From a virus, in UHGV virus genome UHGV-0189011: a DNA stretch of 12,541 bases. One strand, written 5' to 3'. The first letter of the stretch is position 1, and each line of letters starts with the position of its first letter. The position numbers were made by a program, and so were the translations under genes. The notes below the pieces were generated by a model. The model was given only the letters and a program-made list of their open reading frames with translations. It was not told the DNA's origin and did not search any database. This document shows, in pieces, positions 9,562 to 12,541 of this stretch.

Positions 9562-10503
9562 TCAGATACCGTCCACGTAGGACAGGGTTTCTTTGTACAC
9601 TGGCTCAACCGCACCGAGCTTGCCGTAGTAGGTCGCAATCTGGTACAGACCGCGATACTGGATAGGAACGCTCTGCAACGGCACCAGCGGATAGCGCACG
9701 TATTTCTTGTCGTTGGTGTAGGCGACCATACGGTCTTTACCGCCAACGCCGCGCCCTTTCAGCCATTTGACCGCTTTGATTTCCAGCGGAACGCCGTTCT
9801 GGTGGAAAGCGATAGTGTTCACGGCCAGATAGGTCAGTAGTGACTGGTTACCCGCTTCGGAAACCTTACGGCTCGCCAGCAGTGAATACTGCTCTGGCGG
9901 AATGCGCAGATCAGAAGGCACAACGGAATAACCGGATGCTGCCCAGGCATTCGACAGAATACTGTTCACGCTATCGAGGATTTCGTCGTTGGTGGAGTTC
10001 GCCCAGGTCTTCGGCGCATTGTTCAGCGTCACACCCACAAGGTTTGCCAGACCTTTCAGGCCGAGCGCATCATCGCCGATGTAAACCTGCTCGTCGTTGT
10101 CCATCTGCCATTTGAGCTGCATCCCGTCGTACTTCTGGGTATCAATCGGGCGGCCTACCTGCTGAGCTGCTGCCAGCTCTACAACGGTCCAGCCCAGTTC
10201 CATGCCCCAGAGGTTCAACGGATTGCCGTCTTTGCCGATATCAACGTTCACGCCAGCAATAGCGGTGGAGTCTTTACCTACCCAGTTTTTACCATTCGGA
10301 TTTGCACCAGTACCCGCAGCGGCGAAGCTGGTATTCGTCCAGCTGGAAATGTCATCTGCGATAGACACGTCTTCACGCAGTTGAATATCTCGGGTCCAGG
10401 TGTACCCCACCAGAGGCAGGTTCAGCGTCTGGTCGAGTCGCTCCAGCTCCCCGATGAGAAAGGCACCGGAGCTATCTACGGTTGCCTGATCAAAAGTAAT
10501 CAT
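9562..10503 (-). CDS. putative major capsid protein, 313 aa
   Basis: ATG at 10503 with AAGGA SD; third gene of the structural operon after the acidic scaffold-like and small capsid-associated genes; followed by a strong stem-loop; size and composition fit a small major capsid protein. Fold not verified. Confidence 0.5.
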   Translation of the reverse strand: MITFDQATVDSSGAFLIGELERLDQTLNLPLVGYTWTRDIQLREDVSIADDISSWTNTSFAAAGTGANPNGKNWVGKDSTAIAGVNVDIGKDGNPLNLWGMELGWTVVELAAAQQVGRPIDTQKYDGMQLKWQMDNDEQVYIGDDALGLKGLANLVGVTLNNAPKTWANSTNDEILDSVNSILSNAWAASGYSVVPSDLRIPPEQYSLLASRKVSEAGNQSLLTYLAVNTIAFHQNGVPLEIKAVKWLKGRGVGGKDRMVAYTNDKKYVRYPLVPLQSVPIQYRGLYQIATYYGKLGAVEPVYKETLSYVDGI

Positions 10504-10514
10504 TTGTCTGTTCC

Positions 10515-11018
10515 TTAAATCTTCCAGGAGATTTCTGCATTACCGTTAGCGTCACCGGCACCTGTGAATTCGGCGTTGGTCAGCGCCACGTTTTTGCCAC
10601 TGACGGACGTGGACATGAAGCCGCCCAGCGGCACTTTGATGGATTCATCAGTGGAGACGACAACGTATACCGGGTCGCCTTTTTTGATGGTGCTGGCATC
10701 AAAATCAGAACCGAGATTAACGGTCATGTAGCCACGCTTCATGGCGTCACCCGGGAAGTTCTTATCCGTCCCCACCTGGCGAACCATGTCTGGCTGCGAT
10801 GTGGTCGGATACGGACGAACGTAGATCCCCTTCACCTTGTCGGCGGTGTCACCGTCCGCCAGCGGCACGAAAAAGCCGTCAGCGTCATATTTGCCAGCCA
10901 GACCATAGGCAGCGAAGGCGTTAGCGGATTTAAGGATCACCGTCTCGACGGTTAAATCCTGCGGGCGAGAGATAGCCCCGGCAATGCCAACAGGCATCCG
11001 GTTCAAATATGCAGTCAT
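10515..11018 (-). CDS. putative capsid-associated (decoration/cement-type) structural protein, 167 aa
   Basis: ATG at 11018 with AAGGA SD; located between the scaffold-like and capsid genes; beta-rich, Gly/Asp-rich sequence. Confidence 0.45.
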   Translation of the reverse strand: MTAYLNRMPVGIAGAISRPQDLTVETVILKSANAFAAYGLAGKYDADGFFVPLADGDTADKVKGIYVRPYPTTSQPDMVRQVGTDKNFPGDAMKRGYMTVNLGSDFDASTIKKGDPVYVVVSTDESIKVPLGGFMSTSVSGKNVALTNAEFTGAGDANGNAEISWKI

Positions 11019-11022
11019 TGGA

Positions 11023-11511
11023 TTATCCTTTGCGGTTAGACCAGAAGTCGGCGTTTTGTTTGTTCAGGGAAGCGATGCTGGTCATGCCCATATTTGGACG
11101 TTGTGCATCGCCCGTGGTGCTGCGGGTGTTTCGCCCTTTGGCAATCTCAGACACGGCGTTAAACGCCATATCGACCGATTGCTTGGGCAATTTGCGGATA
11201 TCTGCATCACCGACAACCTGGCGAACCAGTGTTTTGTCAGCGGCGGACAGCACATCACGTTTGAACGCGGTCGGTTTCACCTTACGGCTCAGATCGATAC
11301 CCGGAACGATAACTTCGGCACGATAAGCAGCGTCACCGGTAATCGTGGTTTCCTCTTCGTCGTCCTCACCGTCGCCGGTAGGGTCTTTGTTATCTTTGCC
11401 GTCAGGCTTATCGTCGTTATCGCCCGTTGCAGTACCTTCCAGCTTAGCCAGCAGGGCTTTGAGCAAGGTTTTGATATCGTCCTCGCCGTCGCCGGTTGGC
11501 TCTCCGCCCAT
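11023..11511 (-). CDS. acidic scaffolding-like protein with duplicated PTGDGEDD motif (possibly 5'-truncated at the deletion junction)
   Basis: The ORF is open up to 11733, but the part above about 11607 is antisense to the integrase remnant, so the first plausible ATG is 11511 (weak SD); very acidic, low-complexity N-terminal half and alpha-helical C-terminal half; stop TAA 11023-11025. Confidence 0.4.
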   Translation of the reverse strand: MGGEPTGDGEDDIKTLLKALLAKLEGTATGDNDDKPDGKDNKDPTGDGEDDEEETTITGDAAYRAEVIVPGIDLSRKVKPTAFKRDVLSAADKTLVRQVVGDADIRKLPKQSVDMAFNAVSEIAKGRNTRSTTGDAQRPNMGMTSIASLNKQNADFWSNRKG

Positions 11512-11606
11512 TTCCGGCTTTTTGTCCGGCAATGGTTGTTGCGGTGAAAGATTAATGTTGAGGTTAACGCCGCTCGGCAGATCCCCTTCATCGCCCGTTA
11601 GACGGG

Positions 11607-12440
11607 ATGGAAAACCGCCGCCATCGCCTGAACTGGGAGATGAGCCGGGACAGGTGTTTGCGGCTTGGCAAGCCAGTGCCGGAGTATAAACCAAAGCTGG
11701 CAAGCAAAGGAACGAAGACGCGGCATCTGGCAATACTTCGCGCTATTCTCAATATGGCTGTTGAATGGGGATGGCTTGACAGGACGCCCAAAATATCAAC
11801 ACCACGCGTTAAGAATGGACGAATCAGATGGCTTACAGAGGAGGAATCGAAGCGCCTGTTTGCAGAAATTGCTCCTCATTTCTTCCCTGTGGTCATGTTT
11901 GCAATCACGACAGGCCTTCGCCGCTCCAACGTTACAGACCTTGAGTGGTCACAGGTCGATCTGGATAAGAAAATGGCATGGATGCACCCTGATGAAACAA
12001 AAGCTGGCAATGCGATCGGAGTTCCTCTTAACGAAACCGCATGCCAGATATTAAGAAAACAGCAGGGGCTCCATAAGAGATGGGTATTTGTCCACACCAA
12101 ACCTGCCTACCGAAGCGACGGAACAAAAACAGCTGCGGTAAGGAAGATGAGAACCGATAGCAACAAGGCATGGAAGGGAGCGTTAAAGCGGGCAGGCATT
12201 AGCAACTTCCGCTTCCATGACCTGAGGCATACCTGGGCAAGTTGGCTGGTTCAGTCCGGAGTCTCTCTTCTTGCACTTAAAGAGATGGGAGGATGGGAAA
12301 CTCTCGAAATGGTTCAAAGATACGCTCACCTTTCAGCCGGGCATCTCACCGAGCACGCGAGCAAAATCGATGCGATTATAAGTCGCAATGGCACAAATAC
12401 GGCACAAGAGGAGAACGTAGTTTACTTAAATGCGAGGTAA
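11607..12440 (+). CDS. int: tyrosine integrase, P22 Int-like, C-terminal catalytic part only (N-terminal arm-binding region absent; probable pseudogene remnant)
   Basis: Product has the tyrosine-recombinase catalytic signature (TGLRRSN ... HDLRHTWASWLVQSG ... YAHL); in-frame stop TAA at 11565-11567 leaves only 13 codons upstream of the first ATG; phage integrases of this type are about 390 aa, versus 277 aa here; ends 14 nt from the thrW 3' end. Confidence 0.8.
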   Translation: MENRRHRLNWEMSRDRCLRLGKPVPEYKPKLASKGTKTRHLAILRAILNMAVEWGWLDRTPKISTPRVKNGRIRWLTEEESKRLFAEIAPHFFPVVMFAITTGLRRSNVTDLEWSQVDLDKKMAWMHPDETKAGNAIGVPLNETACQILRKQQGLHKRWVFVHTKPAYRSDGTKTAAVRKMRTDSNKAWKGALKRAGISNFRFHDLRHTWASWLVQSGVSLLALKEMGGWETLEMVQRYAHLSAGHLTEHASKIDAIISRNGTNTAQEENVVYLNAR

Positions 12441-12444
12441 CTTA

Positions 12445-12500
12445 TTGATTTAAATGGTGCCGATAATAGGAGTCGAACCTACGACCTTCGCATTACGAAT
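12445..12500. repeat. attL-type direct repeat (3' part of intact thrW plus 10-bp flank), partner of 3874-3929
   Basis: Exact 48-bp identity between 12453-12500 and 3882-3929. Confidence 0.9.
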
Positions 12501-12530
12501 GCGCTGCTCTACCAACTGAGCTATATCGGC
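12455..12530 (-). tRNA. thrW: tRNA-Thr (anticodon CGU)
   Basis: The reverse complement reads GCCGATATAGCTCAGTTGGTAGAGCAGCGCATTCGTAATGCGAAGGTCGTAGGTTCGACTCCTATTATCGGCACCA: 7-bp acceptor stem GCCGATA/TATCGGC, anticodon loop with CGT, T-loop GGTTCGACTCC, encoded CCA. Confidence 0.95.
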
Positions 12531-12541
12531 CCTGAAAGGAC

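Larger units (their letters stand above)
3930..12454. mobile_element. defective prophage remnant (about 8.5 kb) integrated into thrW: truncated integrase plus virion structural operon only
   Basis: Bounded by the thrW direct repeats; an integrase remnant sits next to the intact tRNA; 12 co-oriented, overlapping structural ORFs; no terminase, portal, replication, lysis or repressor genes anywhere in the interval. Confidence 0.75.

Noticed and set aside
10984-11547. 187-aa + strand ORF overlapping the scaffold-like and capsid-associated genes
   Set aside because: Antisense shadow ORF inside two well-supported minus-strand genes; hydrophobic and Arg-rich composition typical of a wrong-frame translation; no ribosome-binding site.
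11512-11733. N-terminal extension of the minus-strand ORF 11023-11733 (MPDAASSFLCLPAL...)
   Set aside because: This part is antisense to the integrase remnant and is low-complexity; it is most likely a shadow of the integrase coding sequence across the deletion junction, so the gene was trimmed to 11511.
11665-12100. ORFs 11665-12054 (+) and 11876-12100 (-) inside the integrase gene
   Set aside because: Alternative-frame and antisense ORFs within a gene that has a clear tyrosine-recombinase signature in its own frame.

Overview
The window spans a thrW (tRNA-Thr, anticodon CGU) integration hotspot of an enterobacterial, E. coli-like chromosome and contains two mobile-element segments in tandem. 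(1) Positions 1-3600, + strand: the distal end of a CP4-6-type integrative island, carrying a small membrane protein, a lipoprotein, a secreted protein, a DUF905 protein, a KlcA/ArdB antirestriction protein, a RadC-like JAB protein, a DUF987 protein and a CbeA/CbtA type IV toxin-antitoxin pair, closed by an intrinsic terminator. (2) Positions 3930-12454: an 8.5 kb defective prophage remnant. It is bounded by an exact direct repeat of the 3' 46 nt of thrW (3884-3929, with the intact tRNA at 12455-12530). It consists of a minus-strand, tightly coupled virion structural operon (acidic scaffold-like protein, capsid-associated protein, putative major capsid protein, connector proteins, putative tail/baseplate proteins, a collar-domain tail fiber and a tail fiber assembly protein) fused to a 5'-truncated P22-type tyrosine integrase that reads toward thrW. 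No terminase, portal, replication, lysis or regulatory genes are present. All family assignments come from reading the translated ORFs and recalled family features; no database search was run. I did not find a clearly novel system; the retained structural cassette and the conserved unknown-function cassette next to the toxin-antitoxin pair are the most worthwhile follow-ups.
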